DNA from: Candidatus Latescibacterota bacterium
Lineage (GTDB): Bacteria; Latescibacterota; UBA2968; SICM01
Reading direction: 5' to 3'
DNA length: 64,000 nucleotides
Assembly: GCA_965217865.1 (NCBI GenBank)
Contig: CBDCJO010000001.1
Location: 552,972-616,971, forward strand
Shown here piece after piece: positions 37,751 to 47,188 of the stretch. A program made the translations under genes and the position numbers. The notes beneath the pieces were generated by a model that saw only the letters and a list, made by a program, of their open reading frames with translations, made no database searches and had not been told where the DNA came from. The stretch's first letter is position 1. The number at the start of each line of letters is the position of its first letter.

Positions 37751-38248
37751 TCAGAGTGTGCGGAAATAATCGACGCCAGGAAGACTAATATTGAAACCTA
37801 CTCTCTCATACGCTTTTCGAGCAGGCAGGTGCGAAGGATCTCCTCCTGTGCAGACTTTGACGTATTTTATCCCTTCGGTTCGCAAGCGTTGGAACACTTC
37901 CTCGTACATCATTTGAGCGATCCCTTGCCTTTGAAAATCAGGATGGACCGCGTTGTTTCCAATCTCCGCCATGCCTGGATGGGGTGCGTTAGGGTAGAAA
38001 CTGACAAATCCTGCAATAACAGCACCGCTCTGTGCCACAAGGATAGTGCCTGGGGTATCTGGCTGGCAGGCCCTCAGAATCTGATCAGTCTTCCCTTTTT
38101 GCCAATCGGGATGCATTAAGGCAAACAACTCTTCGCCTAGGATCTGCTTAAACGATGCGAAGATGGGTGCCCATGCCGAAAGAGCGATATCTACGAGGCG
38201 GTCACTGTCTTCTGAATGCAGTTCACGAATCACTATATTCGGTTTCAT
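37751..38248 (-). CDS. GNAT-family N-acetyltransferase
   Basis: 165 aa. AVHPDFQRQGIAQMMY (Q/RxxGxA acetyl-CoA motif) and ARKAYERVGF. Confidence 0.85.
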   Translation of the reverse strand: MKPNIVIRELHSEDSDRLVDIALSAWAPIFASFKQILGEELFALMHPDWQKGKTDQILRACQPDTPGTILVAQSGAVIAGFVSFYPNAPHPGMAEIGNNAVHPDFQRQGIAQMMYEEVFQRLRTEGIKYVKVCTGGDPSHLPARKAYERVGFNISLPGVDYFRTL

Positions 38249-38269
38249 CTTCTAAAACCAGACTTGCTA

Positions 38270-38758
38270 TTACGAGGCTGAATTCGCCTCTTGCTTTTTA
38301 TAAGCCGTAATACCGTAGAGCAGGCCAAACATCAAACCTGCAATGAGTCCCGCGCTTGTACCATAAAACAGCATCTTTGTACTGTAAGAAAAGAAAATCG
38401 AACTCAACAGCGTCCCAGCGACCGCTCCCCAGGTTGACTTCTCAATCCAGAAATCTGCTCTGCTGAATTGAATCGTATTCTGAGTAATCGTCCTTGCATA
38501 CCGCGATAAAGAAACTAGAACCAAGCCTGAGACGAGAAGCTTGAGAAAGTGACTCCAATATAAGCTATTCCATTCTCCTGTCGTGTTGGTCCACTCAGGT
38601 AGTGACGTCGGCAAAGTGATATCAATATGATCAAATGCGCTCTGGCTTACGTAACTGTAATGGATATCGTGCATCATCGCGAAGTCTCCGATCGTCAAAA
38701 CTAAGAACAAAAAGCAACTCAACAGTGCCACTTTTATCAGAATGCTGGGGTTACTCAT
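38270..38758 (-). CDS. hypothetical integral membrane protein (about 4 TM)
   Basis: Start taken at MSNPSILIKVALLSCFLFLVL. Hydrophobic segments run throughout. No family recognised. Confidence 0.45.
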   Translation of the reverse strand: MSNPSILIKVALLSCFLFLVLTIGDFAMMHDIHYSYVSQSAFDHIDITLPTSLPEWTNTTGEWNSLYWSHFLKLLVSGLVLVSLSRYARTITQNTIQFSRADFWIEKSTWGAVAGTLLSSIFFSYSTKMLFYGTSAGLIAGLMFGLLYGITAYKKQEANSAS

Positions 38759-38801
38759 ATCGACATCTCCTTGTTGATGGTGTCCCTGAAGTAGAGGCAG
38801 C

Positions 38802-39731
38802 TCAGTTCCATGCGAGCTCATCTAATAGGACTTTTACTCTTTCTTCGCTTCCATGAATGAACAGGGGCCCTATAATTCCTCTCCCGTGCAATGCATATAT
38901 GAGGGTGTCGATCTCAATCATCTGGTGTTCGGGAGTCTTGCACATTGGCCACTTCTCAAGAAATTCCTTAACTGGATCTGGGCTTCCAGTAAAAATATTC
39001 TGATTTTGGTACAACTGTCGCCATCTTTGCCAGGTGAATTCATGGTTACATTCGGTGCATCTAAGCCTTTCAATCCTTCTTTTAAGACGTTTGGTGTAGA
39101 TAGACCATTTTTTCTCATAACCGCAATAAGGGCACCTGAACAAACCCGATATGTGGTTGCCCTGGTTTTTGCAGCTTGGGCACTGAAGTTCCCCGGAGGT
39201 TTGTGAAGCACTTTCCTGAGACCTGCTTACGGTTTGTTTGGCAGTGGGGAGACGGTGGATTATTTTGCTACAGTGAGGGCAAGGTAGTCTGATGCGATTC
39301 TTTATTGAATGCCTGTATCGCTGCCAGGACCATGTTTTGGTGCATTCCTGGCAGGAAAGAATACCCTGTTCGTGAGTCCAAACCAGGTGTGCGACGCATT
39401 CAAAGCACCTGGGCACCCTCCTCAGAGCTTCTCTGCACTCAAACCAGGATATGGGTAGGTTACACTCGGGGCATGCGAAAGTGGAGGGGCGTTCACTCTT
39501 TTGTTTTTGCTTCAGATTCCGATAAAACTGGGCTCGGTAGACAATCTCACCGCATTTGGGGCAAGGAACCTCGCCTGACACCGCGCGCACGACAGTCAGG
39601 ACATCCTGACAGCGTGTATACAACCCCCAGCCGACTTCAAGCAAAAGCTCGTCGTCGTACACCCCTAACTTTGAAAGATTGTAGAGGCGACGAATCCGCC
39701 ACCGTCTTACTCGAGGTGTCCATTCTTCCAT
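38802..39731 (-). CDS. hypothetical multi-zinc-ribbon protein
   Basis: 309 aa with about six CxxC pairs (CPKCG, CPECN, CFEC, CQEC, CPHC, CPSC, CPYCG, CTEC) spaced like tandem zinc ribbons. Non-Cys C-terminal ~70 aa. Confidence 0.5.
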   Translation of the reverse strand: MEEWTPRVRRWRIRRLYNLSKLGVYDDELLLEVGWGLYTRCQDVLTVVRAVSGEVPCPKCGEIVYRAQFYRNLKQKQKSERPSTFACPECNLPISWFECREALRRVPRCFECVAHLVWTHEQGILSCQECTKTWSWQRYRHSIKNRIRLPCPHCSKIIHRLPTAKQTVSRSQESASQTSGELQCPSCKNQGNHISGLFRCPYCGYEKKWSIYTKRLKRRIERLRCTECNHEFTWQRWRQLYQNQNIFTGSPDPVKEFLEKWPMCKTPEHQMIEIDTLIYALHGRGIIGPLFIHGSEERVKVLLDELAWN

Positions 39732-39898
39732 AAAAAAGCAACTCGTCAGGAAATCTTGATGAGGTTTTTACACGGAAAAAAGTGGGGTGGGAGGATATAA
39801 TCTGGGCCAATTTCGGCTTATCAAACGACAATTTCCCCATTGGAAACGACCACCTGATTGTCCGCGAGCAGAGTTGCATGTGGAATTATGTAGTCCAC

Positions 39899-39953
39899 GT
39901 CGCTCGGATCTGAAGCCTCCCTGGTTGACGGCTTCCGGCCAAACGGCTATATT
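39899..39953 (+). promoter_or_regulatory. repeated sigma70-like promoter block, copy B
   Basis: TTGACG (39925-39930) - 17 nt - TATATT (39948-39953). Fused directly to a 5'-truncated VapC frame. Confidence 0.35.
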
Positions 39954-39965
39954 CTTCCAGGGCGT

Positions 39966-40260
39966 TACTGGAGTCGCTCACGGTCGAACGTCCAGGCTAC
40001 GTCTGCCGCGAGGTTACCGTTGAACTCGCATGGGTTCTGGAACGCGCCTACGGCTACTCCCGTGACCAGATCGCGACAATATTGGAAGAACTGGCGGCGA
40101 CCGAGGGTCTCGTAGTCGAGGCAGCCGACGATGTGGCCCGTGCGGCCTTCCGCTACCGCGCGGGCGGCGCAGGGTTTTTCGACCTGATGATCCTGGCCGC
40201 TGCCGAACGATCGGGAGCCTACCCCCTGTACACCTTCGACGGTCCCGGTGCGGCAGGATG
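39966..40260 (+). pseudogene. VapC-type PIN-domain toxin, C-terminal two-thirds
   Basis: ...VTVELAWVLERAYGYSRDQIATILEEL...GAGFFDLMILAAAERSGAYPLYTFD. The first ~40 aa, including the N-terminal acidic residue, are missing. Confidence 0.6.
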
Positions 40261-40362
40261 TGATCGTGAAGAAGCTGCCCGATCCTCCGGTAGGTTCGCA
40301 GGGTCTCCTGCTCAACGGCCCGTTTTGCCCGGTCCATACCTTCCTGAAGCAGATGCAGGACC

Positions 40363-40866
40363 TCATTCCGCAGGTGGGCCGGGATGCTCCGTCTCGATTT
40401 CGCCGTAGGCTTCCTTCTCTGTCTTGGCTTTTTCCAACGCCTGGAGCTGATCTTCGGTCAGGATCAAATGCTCCTGGGCGGCTTGGGCTTCCAGGGCTTT
40501 GAGGCGTTTCTGAAACGTCTCCAGGTCATGGCGTAACCATACACTCCGTACGCCGCCGGGTGAGATGAAGAGGCCTTCTTTCTTCAGCTCATTCGAAGTG
40601 CGCAGTTGCCCATAGGCTGGTTTGGCCAGGGCAAAGGCCACGACCGCTTCTTCGGTCTGCGGCTCCACGCGATTCTTGACCAGGGGCTTTTTACGACTCA
40701 TCTCCTGCAGAGCCATCTCGCCGCCCTGGTCATACAGCTCTTTAAATCGATAAAAGCTGTCGCGGGAGTAGCCCATGACTTTGCAGGCCTGCGAGACGTT
40801 GCCCAACAACTCGGCCAGCTCCAGCAAACCCACTTTGTTTTTGATGATCTTTTCGTCCGTCGTCAT
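40363..40866 (-). pseudogene. IS481-family transposase, N-terminal (HTH) fragment
   Basis: ...[33 protein letters not shown]...[23 protein letters not shown]...GEIETEHPG, then terminated. The integrase core is absent. Confidence 0.8.
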
Positions 40867-41157
40867 CTGACATCTCTCCTCATTAAAAGATACTACGTTG
40901 AAGATAAGTGTCAGATCAAATCTTGACTATTTCAAAATGGGCCACTTTTAGGGTCCCGGTCACAGCGGTACTGAAGACAACAGACCCAGCCTGATATTGC
41001 TCGCGAGACTCCGGCTGATCTCGAACGCTATTCAAGATAAGAGCACGTTCACCTTTGTCCTCGGATTTCATGAATGCTAAGTCAGCGAGGAATAATGAAC
41101 CGCGGTCAGTAGAATCAACAGACACTACATCTATCTCTTCTGTGTGTGAAAGAATCG

Positions 41158-41691
41158 CTAAAAGGATGCTGTTTCAATTTCTTCCATAGAAAAAAGCGCA
41201 CACAGCTCTATTCCAGACTGAATTAGTTTCTCTCTACCCCCAGATTGTCGATCAATCACACATAACGCATGAATAACTTCAATCCCATCAAGTCTAAGTT
41301 TATTCACAGCATCTAGAATTGCGCCTCCGCTAGACACAACATCTTCAACTAATACCACCCTGCGATCGTTGAGATCCGGTCCTTCTGCATATTTGCAGGT
41401 ACCGTACTTCTTGGCTTTCTTTCGAATAAACGCTGCTGGAAGGCTCGTAACATGACTCAGTGCTGTGACTATGGGTATTCCACCCATTTCTAGACCCGCA
41501 AGTATTTCAGACCCATCCGGAATAAAGCTCGCCATTTCTACTGCGATCGACTCTAAGATTACCGGGTCAGACTCGAACAAATATTTGTCAAAGTAGGTGT
41601 CGGATATCGCGCCAGACCTTAGCTCAAATCTTCCAGTTAATTTGGAGACCTGCCTTATTCTTGACGCTAGTTTTGCTTTTTCCCCAATCAT
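41158..41691 (-). CDS. orotate-phosphoribosyltransferase-like type I PRTase
   Basis: 177 aa. GRFELRSGAISDTYFDKY, GLEMGGIP, and the PRPP loop VVLVEDVVSSGGA. Strongly AT-rich cassette. Confidence 0.8.
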   Translation of the reverse strand: MIGEKAKLASRIRQVSKLTGRFELRSGAISDTYFDKYLFESDPVILESIAVEMASFIPDGSEILAGLEMGGIPIVTALSHVTSLPAAFIRKKAKKYGTCKYAEGPDLNDRRVVLVEDVVSSGGAILDAVNKLRLDGIEVIHALCVIDRQSGGREKLIQSGIELCALFSMEEIETASF

Positions 41692-41748
41692 TATACAGCC
41701 TCCCAGTTAGTATCACTACCACTCAACGAAAGCTTAGATTGCAGTTCA

Positions 41749-42507
41749 TTACACAAAATTAACTTCTTGAGTCAACGAGTTGTAAACGAACAGGCTTTTT
41801 GTGTTTACGCACTGGTTGTTGAAATACTCCTCTGAACAACCTACGGTGAACAGCTCCAACTGATCCAAACTCAGCCCAACCTCACTAGCAAACTTCATAA
41901 TCGTAGAGCCGGTACCTGTATAATCATCAACAAACAATACGGTTTTGCTCCACAACATCGCGGGCTCAATGTCGTCGACCTCTTTATCCAAAACTAGCAC
42001 GTTACGCAATTGTTCTTTCCCTATTGCAACAGCGAGAGAAACCCCACCCATTGCACGTGTTGCAATGTAATCGAAGTCTCTCTTTTGCACCATCTGAACA
42101 ATCTGAAGAAGAGAACGTATGTGCGTAACACTCGGTACTACATCTATATAACTAGGCCCCTCGCCTCCTCCCGAGTACTTATATACCCCTTTGTTAACTA
42201 CAAGAAGCTGACCAAAATGCTTAAATTCTTGATCATCAACTTTCGTGTATTCAGGATGACTTGCCTCATAGTTGCTGATCAATTCCTGAGTGAAATCAGC
42301 ACAAGCATACCCTTCCGCCTTTGCCTTCAATCCGTGCATTTTTGGATGGTCCCGCAAGAACCCGATGTGTTTGTGTTCTTTGAGGCCTTGAAGAACGGCA
42401 TGAATGAAGCCGACCACACCTTTATCTGAGGAAATACAGCCCACATTCCCAGGGTATGATTCATCTGTACGAACCAAATAAACTCCCTTTGCTAGCACAT
42501 CCACCAT
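41749..42507 (-). CDS. hypothetical protein with C-terminal PRTase-like domain
   Basis: ~252 aa from ATG 42507 (GGGGAG 7 nt upstream). PRPP-loop-like VLFVDDYTGTGST and RAMGGVSLAVAIG. The N-terminal ~135 aa are unrecognised. Confidence 0.55.
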   Translation of the reverse strand: MVDVLAKGVYLVRTDESYPGNVGCISSDKGVVGFIHAVLQGLKEHKHIGFLRDHPKMHGLKAKAEGYACADFTQELISNYEASHPEYTKVDDQEFKHFGQLLVVNKGVYKYSGGGEGPSYIDVVPSVTHIRSLLQIVQMVQKRDFDYIATRAMGGVSLAVAIGKEQLRNVLVLDKEVDDIEPAMLWSKTVLFVDDYTGTGSTIMKFASEVGLSLDQLELFTVGCSEEYFNNQCVNTKSLFVYNSLTQEVNFV

Positions 42508-42689
42508 TGAGCAACTCCCCAAGCACCATCAGATTTTTAGCATGATCTGCGGTCCATTGAAGTTCAATAAACCTTTCGGAGCCTTGAGTACTCATAATTT
42601 TCTCAAGTATTGCTGTGATTATTTCAAGGTCTACACGATACTCGACCCCCCACTTTGCGGGTGCGATCAAATTCGACAGCAGCCGTACT

Positions 42690-43121
42690 ATTGCACTAGT
42701 CCTAAAATAAGCGAATAGGCTTGTTGAGCGGTGTGTTATACAAGATTTCGGAGCATTTCAGACTTGTGACTTGGTGGAGATGATGTCTGGGCTGTTTTTG
42801 TGATTGTTTCGGCATGCGATTGTCTAATTAACTGAGTTTGCGGACGTGTTTTAGCCGGGGTGGACGGACTTGTCCCTGTGATGTTACGACGACAGGTGCT
42901 GACATGGCAGTCAGGCCGGTTTGAGCCATCTGATTCTGTTCCAGGCCGGGAAGAAGTCAGTCATCCACCGGTTGTAGCCCAAGACACGATAGATGATCTG
43001 TCTTCCCCGGGTCACGATCTGGCAAGGGATCCAGATCAGATTCTGGAGGAAGGCGCGAAACTCCATTCTCAGAAGTTGATCGCGACGCTCACGCTTTCGG
43101 ATCATCAACGCGAACCAGGCT
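42690..43121 (-). mobile_element. IS1380-family 3'-terminal fragment (~430 bp)
   Basis: Matches the last ~430 bp of the full copy 51535-53388 (transposase tail AWFALMIRKRERRDQLL...RIRWLKPA plus the terminal ...GGACTAGTGCAAT), in inverted orientation. Confidence 0.85.
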
Positions 43122-43146
43122 CTTGCCCGATGGGCTTTCTTCAGAC

Positions 43147-43332
43147 TCATCTCCGCTGCTGTTTTGCACCCACCTCGTCCATTTCCGACAGCCTGAAGCG
43201 CAACAACCGTCCCACCCGGCGAGCTGGAAAGCCTTTCGCGTCGACCCAGCGGTAAATGGACTCCTTGGTCACCTGTAGATGCGCGGCGACCTCAGCGATA
43301 CTGACCCAGCCTTCTTCAGTTGCCATCTTCAC
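43147..43332 (-). CDS. excisionase/AlpA-like helix-turn-helix (HTH_17) protein
   Basis: 61 aa. WVSIAEVAAHLQVTKESIYRWVDAKGFPARRVGRLLRF. Confidence 0.6.
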   Translation of the reverse strand: MKMATEEGWVSIAEVAAHLQVTKESIYRWVDAKGFPARRVGRLLRFRLSEMDEVGAKQQRR

Positions 43333-43460
43333 CGGACTCCTGCTTGAAGAAAGCCCATTAGAGATAATAAAAATATATGAAAATTAGCTTCCGTAGGTCA
43401 ATCGAAAACCTTGCCATGACCAGGATGAGCCGCTGCGGTGATGGAGGGGGGTGTTGGCCG

Positions 43461-43700
43461 CTACTCCGGCCAGCAGCCGGACACGATCCGGCGCCGTTTG
43501 ATGTGAATCACCTCGACCGTGTAGACCCAGGCGAGCTCGCGGGCGCCGTTCACCGTGGCGGGCACCAGCACCCGCCGGTAGAGGCTGGAACCGCCCGGGC
43601 GGAAGCCCTCCAGGCGGTCGATGGCGAGCATGCGGGATTCGGGGGTCGTCGAAGGAGAGCAGCTCCCCGTACACGGCGCCCCAAGCGCCCACTGTGGGCG
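43461..43700 (-). pseudogene. gamma-glutamylcyclotransferase/AIG2-like fragment
   Basis: ...AVYGELL.. / ..RMLAIDRLEGFRPGGSSLYRRVLVPATVNGARELAWVYTV split over two frames. Confidence 0.45.
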
Positions 43701-43739
43701 TTTCACGCGCGGGTCCGGAGGGCCCCCCCCCCATGGGCG

Positions 43740-44200
43740 GACAGACGCGCCTGTGTGGCCACGTCGGCGAGCGGGTCGGTAGGCGTGTAGTAGAAGTGGA
43801 CGTTTGGGTGTTTCGGCAACCAGCGGTCGATCTTGGGCTTGTGGGTGTTCAGGTTGTCCAGGATGACGTGAATTTCCTGATCCGGGTAAGTCCGCGATGA
43901 GTTCGTTCATAAAGCTCAGAAACTGCCGTCGTCTGCGTCGCTTGAAGTGACCGGTTTTGACCAGATCGGTCGCCACGTTCAGGGCGGCGAACAAGGTGGT
44001 CGTACCGTTGCGTTTATACTCGTGGTTGAAGCCCGTCAGGGCTTTGCCATTAGGGCAGTTTGAGCCATCCCTAGGCGCGTTCCAGCGCCTGGATTGCGGG
44101 CTTCTCGTCTACGCAGACAACGACGGCGTTCTCGGGCGGATCCAGATACAGGCCCACGATTGGCGGCGGCCTTTGGGACGAACTCGGGGTCCGTGCTGAT
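43740..44200 (-). pseudogene. second IS630-type DDE transposase remnant (in-frame stop and frameshifts)
   Basis: LYLDPPENAVVVCVDEKPAIQALERA*GW..., NHEYKRNGTTTLFAALNVATDLV, IHVILDNLNTHKPKIDRWLPKHPNVHFYYTPT, read across several frames. Confidence 0.7.
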
Positions 44201-44635
44201 ACAAAAGCTCCGGCGTCTGGCCAGAGAGTCCAGAGCGCTGCACACTGCGGTCATGGCTCCTGGATAGTCGTTTTGGCCGTGCCGTTCGTAGGCAGTACGC
44301 AGCGACTGCCTGACTTCCTCGCCGAAATCATCGGATGCCTCCTCGACCTGAAACTCAGATGGTCGCAGTTGTCCATCCAGGACGGTCCAGCCAAACCGTT
44401 GTGCGCATTCCAATACCTTGTCGCCGAGGTCTGGATTCATTTCCAAAAGGGCAGCGATGAGTTTCCGAATCGCCTCAGTGGGTTCGTTCGCCTTCTCGAT
44501 CAGGTCGCCAACGGCATCGAGTAGTTCGCCCTTGGAAGCTCCCCCCCTCTCATGGATAGACCGCTGCTGCAGATGGGAAAGCTTCTCTACTGGGAGCCCG
44601 GACGTTGCGACAAGACCCTTGACAGCTCTTGGATG

Positions 44636-45522
44636 TCAACTCATTTTCAAGGCTTTCAACTGACGTGCAAGAAGACCTTTGCCACCAGGTTTCTGGAGAA
44701 CGAGTAAATACAGATGAAAACCACCGTCGATGGTCTCTCCTTCTTCGCAGACCCTTCGGTGCAACCCCAGCAGCTTGTCCGAGAAACGCTCAACAGAGAA
44801 ATCGGGGATCTCCCATGGGATACACTTCAGATAGTATACAAGTGCGCCGACATCGGTGTACTGTGTGACCGGATAGACTTCGGCTGCATGTACTACTCCG
44901 AACCCCGCTTTCTCAGAGGCTGACCGCGCACCACTTAGATTGCCAAGCTCATTTGGCTGCGGCAGCGGTACTCCAAGCAATTGATGGATCTCCAAGTTTG
45001 TCTTATTTCCCACCTGCTCCGTGATGAGCGCTCCACCAGGCTTCAGAACTCTATATTCCTCTACGAACGTGCACATCCCGTGACGGTTCAAGAGAAGATC
45101 GAACCTCTCATTTTCGAAAGGCAATTCACCTGGATCTGACACCTCGTAGACTTCAACTCCGAGTGGTTCCAGGCGCTTCCGAGCCACAGGGATATTAGGT
45201 GGATAGCCCTCCGTCGCACATGCGTGTCCTTCGAACGCGCAGTTCTCCAGAATCTTTCCAAAACGCTCCCCGCCTCCTGTTTCCTGATCCAAAACGACAC
45301 GACTTGCTCGCAGCGCGTCTGCTGCAATTGAGGCATAGTTCCAGAAGTCAAAACCAATGTTTAACCTTCGTCCTTTTATATAAGAAAAATCCCATCCCTC
45401 AAACGGCTGCTCGTATTCACTACGAAGCCAAGCCAGGATCTCCTCGTCCCTTCTTTCTTCGGCTTTATTCACTTTCACCTTTCCAATCGGTGCCAACGGC
45501 TCGAAATGTGGCTCTTGCTGAT
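44636..45522 (-). pseudogene. class I SAM-dependent methyltransferase, separated from its first 5 codons by IS3 copy 2
   Basis: RVLKPGGALI and ERFDLLLNRH. Removing the IS and one CTGAT copy rejoins ATG GTT TGT GAT CAG (47088-47102) in-frame to CAA GAG CCA... (MVCDQQEPHFEPL...). Confidence 0.75.
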
Positions 45523-47087
45523 TGTATCTATTCTGAGATAACAAGAGAAAAGTAGATAAAGGTCCAAGCAAGATTCAGGCAGCCTTGTGGATGGTCTGGG
45601 ATGTTCTTTGCCGATTGATTTCTATGCGGCGCTGCCGAGCCTCCTCCTTTCGACCTTGTCGGTGGTGAAGAATCTTTTGATGCTGGCCTTTATGCCTCTG
45701 AAGAGGCGTGACATACTGTATTGCCCCGTGATAGCGTTCGGCGTTGTAGCTGTGAATGAAGGAATCAATCAGGCCTTCCAGTTGATGGAATGTGAAGATG
45801 TCCTGGAAGCGCAGCCAGTCGTATTTGAATGTCCGGAAAAAGGCTTCGATCCAGGCGTTGTCCGTGGGTGTTTGATATCGGGCAAACAGCTGCGAGATGC
45901 CCAGGTCCTTGAAGAATTGGGCCATCGATTTGGCCTTCATCTGAGATCCGTGATCTGAGAGGGCTGTCAAGCTTATGGGCCCAGTGTCCAGGTCCAGCAG
46001 TCCTTCGTTGGCAAGGGCTTGATCCCAGGCCTGTTTGACCTGCTCCACGGTCGCGTTGAAGGAGAGCTTCCATCCTACGATCTTCCTGGAATACACGTCG
46101 AGAATGGCGGTAAAATACAGGAACAAACCGAAAAATGGGATGTAGGTCAGGTCCCAGCTCCAGACCTGATTAGGACCTTCAGGTTTGACCTGGGGCTTGC
46201 TCTGCTTGACCGGCGTCCTCACCTGTTTCCTGCGTGCCAGACGTTCTTTCCTGGCCTGTCGGTAGAAGCTGGAGGCCGAGGCCTGCACTACCCCCTTCTC
46301 TGAGGCTACCACCGCCAGCTGATGGGGAGGCAGATCGGCATAGGTCTCATCCCTTAAGAGGGCCGGGATTTGCTCTTTCTCCTCCCTCAGCAATCCGTGT
46401 GGGGCCTCATCAGGAGCGGGCCCGGGCTTCCCATCCAAAAGCGGGTCCGACACCCCATCCAGCTTCTCTTCTCGATCTCGCCGGCTCCAGGCACAATACC
46501 GCTGGAGGGGAAGCTGTAGGATCTCGCAAGAACGGGTGAGTTTCACCCCTTTCTCCTTGGCCCGATGGACCATTAAGAGGATCTCGCGTTTGACCTCAGC
46601 TTGCACCCGGTGGCCCTTGATCGGGCCTGTCAGATCCCATTCACACTTTTTTTTAGCAGGGAAAGTTCCACAGATTGCTCAATGATCGTTTGCTCCAGGC
46701 GTGCCCGCTCTTTGCGCAGCTGCTCCACCTCCTCAGCCGATACCATCGGCTTGCGGCTCCGGCGACCCTTGAACTCCTTGAGGGCCCCGGACTTGACCGA
46801 CTCACGAATACGCTTTAGATCCGAGGAATGAATGCCCCATTTCCGCAGCACCTGTGCAATGGGAACATCTCCCCGGCTGGCTTCAAGGAAAATCTCATAC
46901 TTCTGTTCCGGGGACAAGCTCCTGCGCTTCTTGACCGGGTCACTGTTTGAGGACAGTTGCTCCATCTTTACTCCTCCTGTGAGGTCAGGGATATCCCAAA
47001 ATATGTATCCCTTCTCAACCCTACAGGCAACCAGGATCTTGCTTCGACCTTGCCCCCGTTTTTTCGGGCGATCTCAGACAAAAGATA
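45523..47087 (-). mobile_element. IS3-family insertion sequence, copy 2 (1565 bp, inverted relative to copy 1)
   Basis: Near-identical to 34094-35658 (two substitutions noticed). Flanked by a CTGAT direct repeat (45518-45522, 47088-47092). Confidence 0.9.
45575..46965 (-). CDS. IS3-family transposase OrfAB (-1 frameshift), copy 2
   Basis: OrfA 46630-46965 and OrfB 45575-46606 are identical in protein to copy 1. Slippery T8 (A8 on the coding strand) at 46647-46654. Confidence 0.9.
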
Positions 47088-47188
47088 CTGATCACAAACC
47101 ATGAGGCGAAGGTTATAACGGCCTCAATTCATTCAAGTGCTTGTTGCACAGCCCTCCGTACGACTCTCCTCTTGTCGTTAGCAACAGT

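Noticed and set aside
43461-43994. 177-aa ORF in the track.
   Set aside because: It is a chimeric read-through. The N-terminal part is an IS630-type transposase piece (FAALNVATDLV...), the middle is out-of-frame transposase sequence, and the C-terminal part is an AIG2/GGCT-like piece. It is not a real protein.
44230-44637. Open frame continuing in-frame directly after the methyltransferase stop codon (..KALKMS*HPRAVKGLV...), which could be stop-codon read-through.
   Set aside because: The downstream sequence has no relation to methyltransferase C-termini, lacks a start codon until 44446, and soon merges into an IS630-type remnant. It is most simply another abutting fragment.
34094-47087. Composite transposon formed by the two inverted IS3 copies.
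   Set aside because: Each copy has its own matching target duplication (CCAG; CTGAT), and each restores a different interrupted ORF when removed. The outer flanks do not share a duplication. These were two independent insertions.
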